This document shows positions 1 to 13,320 of a DNA stretch of 64,000 nucleotides, piece after piece. Both the position numbers and the translations under genes were made by a program. The stretch is from Camelus ferus (lineage: Eukaryota), in NCBI RefSeq assembly GCF_009834535.1, contig NC_045697.1, positions 114,826,001 through 114,890,000 of the forward strand. The letters are read 5' to 3'. Numbering within the stretch: the first letter of the stretch is position 1; each line of letters opens with the position of its first letter. The notes under the pieces are model-generated. The model was not told the origin of the DNA and made no database searches. It was given only the letters and a program-made list of their open reading frames with translations.

Positions 1-471
1 CAGCCCACGTGTCTTCAGTTGGCCATCTCTTTACCTGGGGGTTTGGCTGGGACCTTCCTCAGGTGCCTGTGCTCAGGCCTCCTTCTTAAGGGGAGGTGGA
101 CTTGAAGACCCTTTTCCTCACTCTGATTCAGCACTCAGTAATTTTCTACTCCTAATCACCACGCCACCCCGTTTCCTCTCTCCAACCTCAGGGTCCATAA
201 AACTACAGGAGTCCTTGGCTTTGTCTCCCGTGAGAGTGAGCTGACCCCATCCTCTGTGCTGATACATCCGCCCCTGAACCGACTCACTGACTCACAGGGG
301 AAAACGGAACGGGGAAGCGTAGGCATTGCGTCTGGGTTTAGCCTATCGCACTCAGTGAGTGATTAAAGACATCACTGGTGCCTACTTTCATTTTGGCATG
401 TTGTTGCTTTAATTGAGGATTCTGACACCTGGCTGTCTTGCTCTCTCCCCAGCTTAGCTGGGCTCCTGACA
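1..471 (+). mobile_element. 3' part of an old LTR (ERVL/ERV1-like), truncated by the window edge
   Basis: GC-richer block with ATTAAA at ~362 and an LTR-like end ...GGCTCCTGACA at 471, followed by an abrupt switch to L1 sequence. Confidence 0.5.
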
Positions 472-484
472 GCTCTATCTCTGT

Positions 485-792
485 TACAGAAATGGAATCA
501 ATAATTAATAACCTTCACCAAAGAAAACACTAGGCCCAGATGATGTCACTAGTGAATCCACCTCATGTTTATGAAAGAAATAACACAGTTTCTCCATAAT
601 CTCCAGAAATGCACTTCCTAACTCACGTATGAAGTCAATATTACTGGTGAAAAGCAGATAAAAAGACATTACAAAAAGGAAAGCTACAGACTAACGCCAT
701 TCATGAACACAAATATAAAAAAGCTGGAATCACAAAATGCACACACACAAGTTATGCCCCATGGACAAATAGAATGCAGTCCAGGAATGCAG
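485..792 (+). mobile_element. Old L1 (L1M) ORF2 fragment, sense
   Basis: AAGAAAACACTAGGCCCAGATGATGTCACTAGTGAAT resembles the ORF2 segment encoding PGPDGFTGEF; the fragment ends at CCAGGAATGCAG. Confidence 0.8.
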
Positions 793-799
793 GTGTCTT

Positions 800-1072
800 C
801 AGCTGGGGGTCTTTTTGGGGACTTTGGCTGAAGCCTTCCTCTGGTCTGTTCTTTTACTAATGCCATGTTACTGTAGCTTTGTGTGTGGTCTTAAAACTGG
901 GTAGTCTACGCCTTCCAATTTACTTTTCCTTCTTCAGGATTATGTTGACTATTCAAGATCTTTGCCTGTCCATATAAAGTTTCCATCATTTTGTCAATAT
1001 CTGCCCAATAGCTTACTGGAATGGTGTTTAATCTATAAATCAAGCTGGGAGCAATGGCATCTTAACAATGTC
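800..1072 (-). mobile_element. Old L1 (L1M) ORF2 fragment, antisense
   Basis: TTACTGTAGCTTTG...CTTCTTCAGGATTATGTTGACTATT...AATCTATAAATCAAGCTGGGAG...CATCTTAACAAT is typical antisense L1 ORF2. Confidence 0.8.
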
Positions 1073-1846
1073 AAAAGGATGGGCATTGTTATATATTTTG
1101 CTGCCTGCTTTTATCCTTAACAATTTAAACATATTCCAGGGTTATTATATATTCATAGAGATTTATTGTTGGATGGAAGTACAATATTCTATTTGAAGAC
1201 TACGATATAATTTCTTAATCCCATTTTCATACTTTTAAATAGTTAATTGTTTTAACTTTGGTGAAATGATATGTAGCAATCTAATGAATATTTGTAAGCA
1301 TGCATCTTTGACCACAATTTATATTATGTAACTGAATTATTGGAGGTCGAAATAACTGAATAAAATATGTGACAAAAATATGTGACAAAAATATGTGATA
1401 TAATTTTATCATTACATTATTTTTTAAAGAAAGTTTGGACTTGTTTCAAATTTATCTGAGGGTAATGTGAATTTCTGCCTTAATCTTCCTTGGATAATAG
1501 TATTTATCACACTTATTAAATGTTTGCATACTTTATGTAATTAAATTTTCAATGTTTGCATTGATGAAGTTGATCTTTTTTCCATATTCATCAGCCATTT
1601 CTAGTCATATTACTATTTGTTGCATCTTCTAAATCTTTATCAGTTTGCCACTCTATTATTACTTAATGAAAATTGCTCTATTGCTTCTTTGGAATTTTTT
1701 TCCAGAGCTTTCATTTTATTAATGCAGTTTTAATTTTATCAGAGAGCTTTCATTTAAGTGAGATTTTCACATTGATTAATAGAATTAAGTATAATCTCTT
1801 AACAAAAGAAAGAAAAGGATAAAGTAATCTAATAAAAATTGGTGTC

Positions 1847-1906
1847 AAACCATAGCAGTGTATTTAATTACATTCTAAACCATAGCAGTGTATTTAATTA
1901 CATTCT
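1847..1906. repeat. Perfect 30-bp tandem duplication
   Basis: AAACCATAGCAGTGTATTTAATTACATTCT occurs at 1847-1876 and 1877-1906. Confidence 0.95.
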
Positions 1907-2149
1907 ATTCAGGAGCATAATGCATTAGGTTTGCCAAATTTTACACCTTAACAAAGGGTTTTCAAATCCATTATGTTTTATAGAATAGCATAATGTTTCA
2001 AGTGAGAACTCATTCCTAAACTAAACTTTGTCAATAACTAACAATGTGTTTAATTTCATTGGGCTTCTATTTCCTCTTTTTAAAACGATGGGGTGTATTT
2101 GCGATACCAGTACATACCCCATAGGCTTATTAAAAGGATCAAATAAAAA

Positions 2150-2446
2150 ACAAACAGATGTAGAAAGCAAACTTACAGTTACTGGGGGAAAAGGGAGTGG
2201 GAAGGGATAAATTGGGAGTTTAATATTGCAGATACAAACTGCTATATATAAAAGAGATAAACGAATTTCTATTGTATAGCACAGGGAGCTACATTCAATA
2301 TCTTGTAGTAACTTACAATGAAAAAAATATGAAAACAAATTTATGTATGTATACGTATGACTGAATCATTATGCTGTAACCCAGAAACTGACTCATTGTA
2401 AATTGACTATATGTCAATAAAAAGCAACCAACCAAACAAACAAACA
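2150..2446 (+). mobile_element. 5'-truncated lineage-specific L1 3' end, inserted into a MIR-like remnant (~2050-2485)
   Basis: GGGATAAATTGGGAGTTT...GTATAGCACAGGGAGCTACATTCAATATCTTG...CAATAAAAA with an (AAAC)-rich tail; homologous to 33502-33800 and 55568-55787. Confidence 0.9.
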
Positions 2447-4728
2447 TGTTTTTCCCATAGAAAGTACTCAGTGAATGTGATTTATGATAGAGCTGCTGCT
2501 ACTAATAAAATGAGGACAATAGAGGACAAGGCTAATGTTATTGTACAAGAATGCTTACAACGTGCCTATAATGTACTTGGGACCATCATTTTATCATTAA
2601 TACACACAACTAAAACTTGTAGTGTTAGGGTGACTGCCAGTCTCCTCGCGTGTAAGCATCAGAATGCCGAAGAGATGCTGATGTTCCAATCTTTGGCCTG
2701 TGCCTCCACCACGGTTCCAGAAAGTACAACCCTGAGCCAGTATTATCTTGGAACATAAGCTGCACGTAGAGGATTCATAGCGTCAGAGCTTATTTTAGAC
2801 AACTCTTGCTGCTTAAATAATCAGACCTCCAAAATAGATGATTCTTCATTTTGAGGTCTGTCCTATGTAATTCCGATCCTATTCAGCATGGTCAGCAATA
2901 ATCTCAGTGATAGCATGGCAAGTTCTTGTCAAATCCGCAGATGATTCTCACCTCCAAGGGACAGCTGTCAATTTTGTGAGTGACAGAATCAAGGTACAGT
3001 GTATTTTTTTTTAACATATTGATCGCCATGTCATCCAAATCTGGGTGGCAGTTGTGTTTCCTCAGGGGCCCCTGTCACCCAGATATGGTGATGCTTTCCT
3101 TCATCCAATTATGCACAGTTTATTCCATGCAGAATAATGCCATTCCAAGAAGAAATAAAACTGCAAAGAGGTTGAAAATTAAAAATAAGAAATTGTTTTT
3201 TAAAAGAATTCCAATTATACTGGAAACACAAACAGATTAGTTATAATGACGTATTGTTACTGCACCACACTGCAATGAAGTGTGAATTTGGGTGCCGCAT
3301 AAAAACACACCTAGTCTACAGCAGGCTATCAATGTGTTTAAAGGTGGAAAACTTAAATATTAATTGCTATGGAACAATACAAGCAATATAACAAAATTCT
3401 GCAAAATCATATTATATTTGTAAATAAATGAGAATGGAGCAAAGAAAAATTAGTAATAATACTTGGATACGGGACCAAGAAAAAAAACACTTTGTATGTT
3501 GACTGTATCATGATTTTAAAATAATATAACCATGTGATGTGCTGCTAAAACACAAAGCCAAGGCTATGTTACTGCCTAGATATTTAAAAAATTGTGTAAG
3601 CTCTATATCCAAGAACTCAGTATAATGAAGGTGATAACAGCACATGTTAAGATATATTCTTGACCATTAGGAACCATGTCATAGTGAGAAATTGATAAAA
3701 AGGAGTGGATTTTGGACACTCTATGATCTCAAAACCTTGATATATAAACTTTATAAAATAAACTAGGCATTTTTGATGGGCACAGAATAGTTCTTTAGTG
3801 TATACTGACTATTTTAAGGTTTACAAATAGGGTGACATTTCAATCATTGGTCTTTAAAGTGATTACAGATGGGAAAGTTAAAAGTCCAGAAACAAAAGTC
3901 GGTGTAGCATTGAGACCAGGAACAGAGATACTGGGCCCCACAGTATAGGTTTGAATCTGGCCCTTCCGTTCAGTATGTCACCAGTCTCAGGGCTTAGCAC
4001 CTGGAAGCAACCTGAATTAAACAGAGAAAAAGCTCATTCTGTTTTTGAGAGGACTACATTTTCCACCTGTAAGAAAACTATTCAAGACCCAAAACAAAAC
4101 TTGTGCCCCCAGATTCCTGTGTCCATGCTGAGGGCTAATAAACGTCTCTCAGATCCCAGAAAACACACATTTCACAAAGTCCCCCCAGGTAGAGCAAGGA
4201 GAAAATCAAAAAGGAATCATTTGCAGGAGGGCAGAGTCAGGGTCTTCGGGGACCAAAGAAAGGATCTGCTCCCATCGGGAGGCATCCAGTCTCACTTAAT
4301 CATCTGCCCAAAAGATCTCAGAATTGCTGTAGACCAAATGCTTCATTTTCTCTTCTTCACTTACCTGAATAAAGGCAATTATTGTGATCGTATTATTCCT
4401 GTTTCATCTACTGCAGTTGAATACAGGTGAAGGCAAGCTTATATTTTTATTTCATAAGTTTCTAGATCAAAGGGCACCATCTGGGTCTGATGAGGACATA
4501 ACTGAGCACCCCTCACTGTTCCTGAACTTTAAATTGGTTGCCATGATACTGTCACTGCCCTGAGCTTTGGAGGTTGTTTCCTTTGGGGATGGGGTGGGTA
4601 TATTTTGCCTATGGGGAGAACTGAGTATTGATGGAAGGTAGATTGTCTCAACTATACTGCAATTAAAAAAAAATAAAATAAAAAAACCTCCAACAGGGAA
4701 GGTATCTGGGGAAAAAAAAAAAGGTAAA

Positions 4729-5101
4729 TTGTCAGTGGAAATAATGCATTCATCAGATATTTTCAACTCTGCCTTCTGGGCACATGGATGAACTTCCTGT
4801 CTTCTTTAACCTCGAGTGGTACCCAAGGTATGATATGTGCGTTGAGGTGTAAATATTACTTCTGAGCCAGAACATTTAATTGGTTTGAGATCCTTCAGAG
4901 ATTTATGTTGCTCCGGTACAGAAACCAGCAACATTCAAGGTTGCTTTATCATCCTAAAGAAATTCAGTGAGCACAGACCCCTTCCAACTGATAGCAGACA
5001 CACAATGTGTGCAAAAAAGAGTTTTTATTGTTTCAAGCCACTCATTGAAATCTTGGCATTTCTTTATACCAGATAATACCTTGCCTATGCTGACAGATAC
5101 A
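4729..5101 (+). mobile_element. MaLR LTR (MLT1I/J-like)
   Basis: TG start; 3' end TTTTATTGTTTCAAGCCACT...TGCTGACAGATACA is characteristic of MLT1. Confidence 0.7.
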
Positions 5102-5119
5102 GGCAAAATGATAGAAAAA

Positions 5120-5315
5120 TAGGTAAGTAGGTAGGCAGGTAGGTCAATAGATAGATAGATAGATTTTATGTAGATATATCTAGATATGTGTGTATTCGTT
5201 TTATCTAGATAAATCTAGATATATCACATGTATAGATACATACTTAGCTTGATATACATCTATTTATCCATGTGTTTATGCAAGCATATGTGTAGAGATA
5301 TTTATACATATATTT
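5120..5315. repeat. Degenerate (TAGG)/(TAGA)/(TA) low-complexity tract
   Basis: AGGTAGGTAGGCAGGT, (TAGA)4 and TA-rich degenerate units. Confidence 0.8.
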
Positions 5316-7542
5316 AAGATGGAGAAATTCTAGTATATTTATAGTTAGCCTGAATTATTTATTAGAGAAAAAAATAGAACTCTGCTGGAGAAAGACTATG
5401 AAACTGATAGAATTGTTCCTTGCAGGGGAGGGAGGGAAAGGAACCTAAAATATGAGTGTAGACACTGGCTTTGATAGACATCTGGGCCATTTATTCATAA
5501 CAACAGAAAGAAAGTGGAAGGGAAGAGAAAAATGGTGCATTATCAACTAGGCGACAATTGCAGAGAAGACAGGATGTCCTGGATAACAGTGGGAAATGTA
5601 AAGATGAAAAAGTAGTCAGAGAAAAACCATATTGGGTGGGAATTTCAGAAGTTAGTAGAAATGGATTGTTTCTAGGTATTGAAGCACTTGAAGTTGTCTC
5701 TGAATTTCTAGTGTATGTGACTGGCATTTGCAATATTACTGATTTAGGTCGAACACAAAACAAAAAAACAGTGTGAATTATTGCTGAGAAACGTGGGTGA
5801 GCAAAATGAAATAATCAGGTTTTACTGAAGGTGAACTAAAATTAATGCTATTCATTATCATTAAGCAGATAACAATAAATGCCCATAACCCTCTGGATGG
5901 AATGAATAAACATTTTCTTTCTATAGGTTTTACTTCTTTAAACTGACATCATGATCACTGAACAAATAAATGAATAGATAAATCTAAATACGTAAATTCT
6001 TTCGCAGGCTCGTTTTACTTAATTCACCTTGTTTTCCAATCCTCAGAACAATCACACTAGAGAAGGAAGATGTTTCTCATTTTAACGAAAAATAAAACAA
6101 GACAGAGATTAGGTGCTTGACCCAGTTCACAGTTGATAAAAAGCAGAGGTGAATTTCCAGCCCCGGTCTGGATAATTCTGGATTCCGTGGTTGTGAACAG
6201 GACGTCATGGGACCACATGTCTTACAATACAATTTTTTTTGTCTTTTTTTTTTTTTTTTAATCATTAAGGAAAGGCTCCCGCAAGCATTTAATCCTCTCT
6301 AGCACCTTGTTCGCTAGTCACAAGTATCGGCAAGGTTGTTTGTCGCTCTGCAAAGTGGTACCTACCTTTACTGGTTAAGATACCCCTAGTCCCCTCCCCC
6401 ACCCTCCCATCCAAGAGAAGCACTTCAAATCATGTGACAAGGCAGCTCCTGTCCCCATGGGATCTACTGTCTTAGCCCCGCTGTCCTGCTTGGAGCTGCT
6501 GCCTACACCCACGTGACTATGTGGCCAGCAGCTCTGATTCTGTTCATGAAGCGATCTTGTTCAACTGTCATAACAAATAACAATTGTCTAGCATTTGGAT
6601 AATGGGCTTTTAAGTCATAAAAGACCTGACCATTTGTGGTCTGGATATTTATGCCTTCTTAATACAACTATAATTGGCTGGGGAAAAAAAATGGGATACT
6701 TTTAATCTCATAATCACCACTAATGCACATGCATTTTACATTGTAAAGTGCAAAGAACATTTTACCATAAATCTCATTTGAGAATTTGGAGCCCACAACA
6801 AACATCTGAAAAGATTTATATGGATAAGCTGAGTTCCTACTTCCAGAGGAAGAATGAATTTTTAATCATACCGTGCAGAATATTTTCGTTTAAATTGCCA
6901 CTGTATGCAGACTCTTAGACAAAGCAAGAGTTCTGAGAAGAACTTCCTTTTTTGAGCTTACAACAAATATATTTGTTGAATTCAGTTAATAAATGAAAAA
7001 TTAAAAGGGAAACAAAAGGACAAAGCAGCTATTTGGATGGGCAGGTCAATAGTGGAAACTTTTAAATTCTATACATGAAACAGTCCTTTGCCAGTGTGAA
7101 CAAAATTAACACTCATATAATTATCTTTTCCACCTCCTATATTAAACACGGGAAGTTAAACAGGCAAACATCCAAACTTCAGTTTATGTTAACACTTCGA
7201 CTATCAGAGACTTCACAGAAGAAAACAAGTAAGCTGTGGTCAATTATCCAAATATAAAATTAAAAGTGAAATCTTTAAACAAGAACAACAGGTTACCTAA
7301 AGACCTATCTGACCTTGTGCCTTTCATCTTCAGAGTACAAACCATATATTTTAAAAAGGTAAAATTACATATGTTGAAAAACAGCTGGCAGAGTTGTGTT
7401 TTGTTTTGGACAAAATCCTGGAATTGGAATTGCTGAATAAGAGTATGTGTCACTTCAAATCTTTTATTTATAAATACCCTGTATATTATATGTATAATAT
7501 ATATAATGTCAACCTGAATTTCAAAGCAATTGTACCATGTTA

Positions 7543-7583
7543 ATATCTTTTTGTTTGTCTGTTTGGAGGGGAGGTAATTAGGC

Positions 7584-7623
<40 letters not shown>

Positions 7624-7715
7624 TTTATTTATTTAAACGGCGATACTGGGGATTGGATCCAGGACCTCATGCACGCTAAGCACGTGATCTACCACTGATC
7701 TGTACCTTCTGCCCT
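7543..7715 (-). mobile_element. tRNA-derived SINE (camelid vic-1-like), long-tail form with (TTTA)n
   Basis: The reverse strand has A-box (CAGTGG) and B-box-like (GGATCCAATCC) motifs and an AAGCCTAATTACCTCCCC tail; TSD AATTGTACCATGTTA / AATTATACCATTTTA (13/15). Confidence 0.9.
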
Positions 7716-7734
7716 AATTATACCATTTTATATT

Positions 7735-9890
7735 CCCAGTGTAGGAAAATTTACCTAGTATGCATCCTCTCCATACCTTGCTATTTTCAGAATGTTTAAT
7801 CTTCACCCTTCTGATGGGCAGGCAGTGGTTATTTCATTATAATTTTAAGATGAAATTTCCTGATTCCAAATGAAGTTGGTCAACTTTTCATATTTTTGTT
7901 GATTTTAGATGTCATGAATGAAGTTCCTATTCATGAATTTTGTCCATGAATTTTGTTTCTAATGACCTGTCTTTTTCTTAATGATCCGTAGATCTTCCGT
8001 CAATAATCTGGACACTGCTTCAGGCTGTTTTTGCTGTTGCAAATATTTACTCCAGCTTACACCTTGTAGTTTGACTTTCTCTCTCTTAACTATTTCCTTC
8101 TGTCTTTTCTTTTTTTTTTTTTTTAACTTTTACCCTGAGCTTTTTGGGTATTTTTATTTTAAAGAAAACTGGCACCTACACAAAACAAAATGATGTGTCA
8201 TCGTATTTTTTTCAATTATTGTTCACTGTTCCTTCTTCCCTTGCCATTTAACTATTTCTCTTGAAAAACCAAAGTTCTTAATTTCAATTTAGTCCTATCT
8301 TTCAATCTTTCTTTTACAAGCAAAAATGTCTTAGCTACACTGGCCCTCTGTCTTTCCTTTTGTGTTTTAAAATCAGTTTGTCCAACACAATCAAAATTAA
8401 GTAAATAAAAACTATTAAGAGTTTAGCTGTGTCTGTTTTGCATCTGTAGGTTAGTTATACAAGCGTTGATATCTTTACAACATTGAGTTTCCAATGTATA
8501 ATCATGGCATTTTTCCTTATTCATTTAGGTAGATTAAAATTCCCTGAAATTTTTTCAACACATGGAGAGATCTTAAATATCTTTGGTAGCTTTATTTTCT
8601 AAGTATCTTTTTAATGTTACTTTTTAAAATATCATTTAATAAGTGATGATACTCAAAAATTGATGTAGAAAACTGACTGAATTCCTAATTATTCTAATGT
8701 TAATAGATATTCTAAATTTGATATTTACATAGTTATAATGTCTGGTAATGTGGTTCTTTTTCTTTCTAATATTTATATAATTTATTTTTTCTTTCTTTAA
8801 GGGAATGTCTGAAACTCAATACAATGTTTGATAGCTCTGTTGCTAGTGAGAATTTTTGTCCCATTTATGATCTCTGAGAGAAAGCTTTCAAAAATTCACC
8901 AGCAAGTATGATGTTTGCTGAAGGATTTTTTTAAATAGAAATTCTCTATTAAGATTAAGGGAGATTAAGGGAGTTCTCAACTGTTTATTAAAAGGCTTTC
9001 CACACATACGGAAAAGTTTATGACTTCTATTTGTTTTGTTAATGTGATAATTTTATAAATACATTTTCACATATTGTAAGAACTTAGCGATGGATGAACC
9101 TAATTTGTTTATGATGCAATATAAATATATTCTTGCTATTTAAAAGGAATTGCCTTTTTCATATTCTGTCTAGGGTTATGACGTCTATGTTCATGAAGAA
9201 TTTGGCCTCCGATTTTACTTTCCTATTAATATCTTTGCACAATTTGGTAGTAAGATTGTAAGAACCAATAAAACACACTAGGGAAAAAAATCCATCTTTT
9301 TCTATTCTTTGAAATTGTCGTAAAACTGGCATTCATTTTCTTTTAAATGTCTGGTAGAACTGACCAGGCGACCAACTGAGCCTGAAATCTTCTTTATGAA
9401 AAGGATTTTCATTAAGATTTATTTCATTTAAAAGTTACAGGACTATTTATATTTTTTGCATGTCTGTTTTTAGTAGTTTTGTTTACTAGGAATAATCAAT
9501 TCTATTTACATTTTCTAATTTATTCATGTGATGTTCTTTATACTATCTGCATCTTATCTCTGGTGCTTTTCTGATATGTTGTAATGCCTTCCTTGTGACT
9601 ACTTATATTTGATATTTATGTCTTCCTTTTTTTTTAATTCCTGATCAATCTTCCCAATTCTTTACTGTTTTATTTTTAACAATGTTAATTTAATTTTCTT
9701 TATATATTTATTTTATATACTTTAATTTACTTCAATTTTAAAAATTAAAGTTCTCCTTTCTACTCTGTATTCATTAATGTGACGGTCTTGGGGTTGACGT
9801 GTAGGTCAGTGACTTTCAGCCTTTTTTCTTTTTAATATATTTAATGAAGGCTCTTAACTCTCTTTTAATCATTCCTCTATCTGTATTCCA
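7735..9890 (-). mobile_element. Old, fragmented L1 (L1ME-like) ORF2, antisense
   Basis: T-rich strand with antisense ORF2 landmarks such as GAAAGCTTTCAAAAATTCACCAGCAAGTATGATGTTTGCTG and AAATGTCTGGTAGAAC. Confidence 0.75.
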
Positions 9891-9904
9891 CATTTATCTG
9901 TATT

Positions 9905-11645
9905 CCGCTTGAAGTATAACATTCATGAAGTACTTAAGGTTCACTAATCTTTAATACACAGATGTATTTTATTTTTCAACAATATCCATCTATATAAACA
10001 GAACTCAGATGAAAATATATGGTTTCTAGAAGAGCCAAAAGTTCCTTTGTATCACTTTCGAAGCAATCAGACCCTATTATTAGTGTAATCAATAATCTGA
10101 TTTCTATACCTATTTCTATATCTTTCCCTAAGTTTTCCTGTGATGGAACTTTAAATTTATGGAATTTGCTGTTTTGATTTTATCACAATATACTATCTCT
10201 AAAATTCATTCATGTTGCTCTGTGTATTAGTGTATTCTTCTTTTCTCTTTCCTTTTTCTTTTTTTGTTTCTTTTTTGACAATTATGTTTCATTTGGCAAC
10301 AGCCCCTCAGATAAGTCTGAAGGACTGCTCCCTGTTTTCTTATTTTGTAATATTATCTTATATAAATGTGCCATAAGTCATCAGTCTATTTGCCTGTTGA
10401 CAAACTTTCTGCTATTATGAATAATGTTACAAACATTCTTGTATATGTCTTTTTGGTGCACATGGGCACTTGTTGCTTTTGTTACTTTTTATGCAGGAGT
10501 AGAATTGTCTTTGTCATAGATTGAATATAAATTTACACTTAGTAGATATTATCAAAGAGTTTTCCATAGATGTTACACCAATTGGCGTTGCAACCTGCAA
10601 TGAATGATTGTTATGAGTTATTCATATTTTTAATTTTAGCCTTTCTATATTTTCCTGGTAAGTATATTAAGTACCTTTTCACATGCTTATTAGCTGTGTG
10701 GTTATCCTCTTTCGTGAAATGCAAGTTCAAATCCTTTACCTAATTTTTGAATTTAATTGTTTGTCTCTTCCTTATTGACATGTAGGAGTTCTTTAAAATA
10801 ACTGGATGATTCATTTGTTTGATGCATGTTGCATGAAAATGTTTATTTTATCTGTTATTACCCTTTTTATTTTCTTAATTGTCTCTGTTGAAGTAAAGAT
10901 TTTTTAATATTAATGAAGGCTAATTTATCAAACTTTCCCTTAAATGATTAGTGTTTTTTGTGTTTTTATGTATATATATGTGTATATATATATATCACCA
11001 CCTTAATGTCATTATTTTGTCTTATTTTTCATGTAAAGCTTTATGTATTTTATTTCATATTTATTTAATTAATTCATCACAAATTAATTTCTATATTAAT
11101 ATTAGGTGGAGGTTAAGATTTATTTGTTCTCTCTACAGATTGACTCAATGTAATTACTAAACAAATTGTCTTTTCTTTTCCAAAATTTATTTTTGGGCCT
11201 ATTTCTGCATTTTGTATTCTATTAAATTCTCTATTTGCTTATTCTTGCCCTAGTAACATACATATTGTGGCTTCATAGTAAATCTTGAATTATAGTTGTA
11301 CACTACTCCAACTTTGTGATTCTTCAAGATTTTCTTCTAGAGACCCTAGGTTCTTAATATTTTCACATTATTTTTAAGACAAGCTTACCAATTTTTACAA
11401 AAAGGTCTTCTCGAATATTTATGAGATTGCATTGAATCTATATACCAATTTGGGAAGTTTAGATCAGCAAATATTATCACCCTAATTCCTAAACAAGGAA
11501 TAGCTTTCCATGTATTTAGGTCTTCTTTAATTTACATATCAATGTTTTGTTATTTTCGGTTAGAGATATCACACATACTTGAATGCATTTATGCCTAGGT
11601 GCTTTATGGTTTTGATACTATAGTACTTTAATTTTTAAAAACTGT
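9905..11645 (-). mobile_element. Second old L1 (L1ME/MC-like): 3' UTR plus ORF2 C-terminal part, antisense
   Basis: Starts with a 3'-end-type TTGAAGTATAACAT; includes ATTCATTCATGTTG, GCTATTATGAATAATG, GAGATTGCATTGAATCTATA and TATTTAGGTCTTCTTTAATT. Confidence 0.75.
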
Positions 11646-12049
11646 CATTTTTTTTTTTAGATATTTGAAATAGTTAGGTATATGTTCATTAAATGATAAA
11701 CCTTTCATTTATACCTATTTTTTACCTTGAATAAATGGTTTCCCTGCCAGATAATGGATTCTATAGCAAATAAAATATACTATTTGATATTTATTTAGAA
11801 GAAAGTTGAAATCATTGTATATTCTGTAAATTTTCTATTTACTACAGTATCTGTGTGAATATTGCGATTTTGTGTCAAAGCGAATATCCTTTAACCACTG
11901 TCTCTTTCCAGCTGCCAGACCTGTGTGATATTGCTCAAAATATATGTAGAGTCTTTCATGAATATATTTCAATGAAAATTATGTTTTAAAAATTTAAGAT
12001 AATGAGATTATATAAAATTCCTTTAAGGTTTTTAAGTCTTCTTTAAGGT

Positions 12050-12051
12050 TT

Positions 12052-12127
<76 letters not shown>

Positions 12128-12129
12128 TC
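12050..12129. repeat. (TTTC)n tetranucleotide microsatellite
   Basis: About 19-20 uninterrupted TTTC units followed by a degenerate tail. Confidence 0.97.
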
Positions 12130-12393
12130 CTTTCTTTCTTCCTTACTTCCTTTCATTCTTTCTTATTTTTCTTTCTTCAAGTATATTTATACATTTATTT
12201 AGAAAGGAGATTTGACACTGGTCAATCAGAAGAAGCATTTATTCCAAACACTATATAGAGCATAGTTTCATGTTAAATTAATGAAAACACTGAGAGATTC
12301 TTATTTAATTTTGTGTCAATTTTCTTTTTTTAACCTAAAATTAGACAGGCTGTCATTTTTGTATATTTTCACATTTGCAAGGTTTTTCAAGTG

Positions 12394-12525
12394 GTGTTGT
12401 TGTTTGGGGCTGGGGCAGGGAGGTAATTAGGTTTATTTATTTTTAAAGGAAGTACCGGGGATTGAATCCAGGACCTCCTACATGGTAAGCATGCGCTCTA
12501 TCACTTGAGCTATACCCTCCCCCTT
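12394..12525 (-). mobile_element. tRNA-derived SINE (vic-1-like), long-tail form
   Basis: Reverse strand reads GGGGGAGGGTATAGCTCAAGTGATAGAGCGCATGC...GGATTCAATCCCCGGTAC...AAACCTAATTACCTCCC; TSD AAGGTTTTTCAAGTG / AAGCTTCTTCAAGCG (12/15). Confidence 0.92.
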
Positions 12526-12694
12526 AAGCTTCTTCAAGCGTTAAGGGCAGTCTGAGTTAGGCGCGGCCACCTCCATCCCGCAGTGGACACTTTAGTAGTT
12601 GCAACATCATCCCTTTGATAAGCTGTTAAGTCTTCAAAGGCGAAAGGAAGTACCTTCCCTTTTAGAAAACGGAGCCATTATTTGGTGATGCTAT

Positions 12695-13041
12695 TGTCAG
12701 AATCAAAATAAATCTGTCAAAACTGAAGAAATCATACCTGCCACAAACCAAACAGAGGGCCTATTTTGAAATAAGCTGTAAACTAGGCAGTGGGGAGGGG
12801 TTTCATTTCCCCATCAAGGAGGCGATACACTTTAAATCACAATTCACACTGAGACAAAAGTCAGAATGCCATTCTCAGCAACACTAAAACCTTTTTCTGC
12901 TATTTTGATGGAGAGCCCTACGCGGCCTATAAATCAGACATAAACTTAGCGCACTGAGGCAGGCTCGTGTATCCTTTTCATGTATCTGATGCGCTGTACA
13001 GGAGGAATAAAACGCCATCAATCTTCACAAGCTCCGGTACA
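12695..13041 (+). mobile_element. Probable ERV1-like solo LTR with TATA box and poly(A) signal
   Basis: TGTCAGAATCAAAAT start, TATAAA at 12928-12933, AATAAA at 13006-13011, ends ...GGTACA; no clear TSD. Confidence 0.5.
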
Positions 13042-13320
13042 GTAAGGTAAACTGCTAGTGCCCGATTCCCTTGCTCAGATTTTTCATCTCAGATGCCAGG
13101 GAAGTAAAGTCTATAAAGAAAGCCTATTCAGAGTCTTTTCTCCCTCTTTTCTGTTAATTCTTTTATAACTTTCATTAAAAACTCGCTACCATTCTCCGTG
13201 CTCCATCTGCAGCTATATTCGTTATCTCTGCTTCCTAACGACCAGGTGAGCATCTAAAGTCTGTGATGAAGGCAGAACAGAGTTCTCAGTATCTGAGATG
13301 GAAGAGCGGGTATTAACGAG

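Noticed and set aside
485..1072. Twin-priming L1 inversion
   Set aside because: The order is upstream-sense then downstream-antisense with no poly(A) end, which does not fit twin priming; separate or rearranged fragments are more likely.
3951..4430. Longest ORF in the track (159 aa)
   Set aside because: TTG start, no recognisable domain and no supporting exon structure; a length like this can arise by chance in 64 kb.
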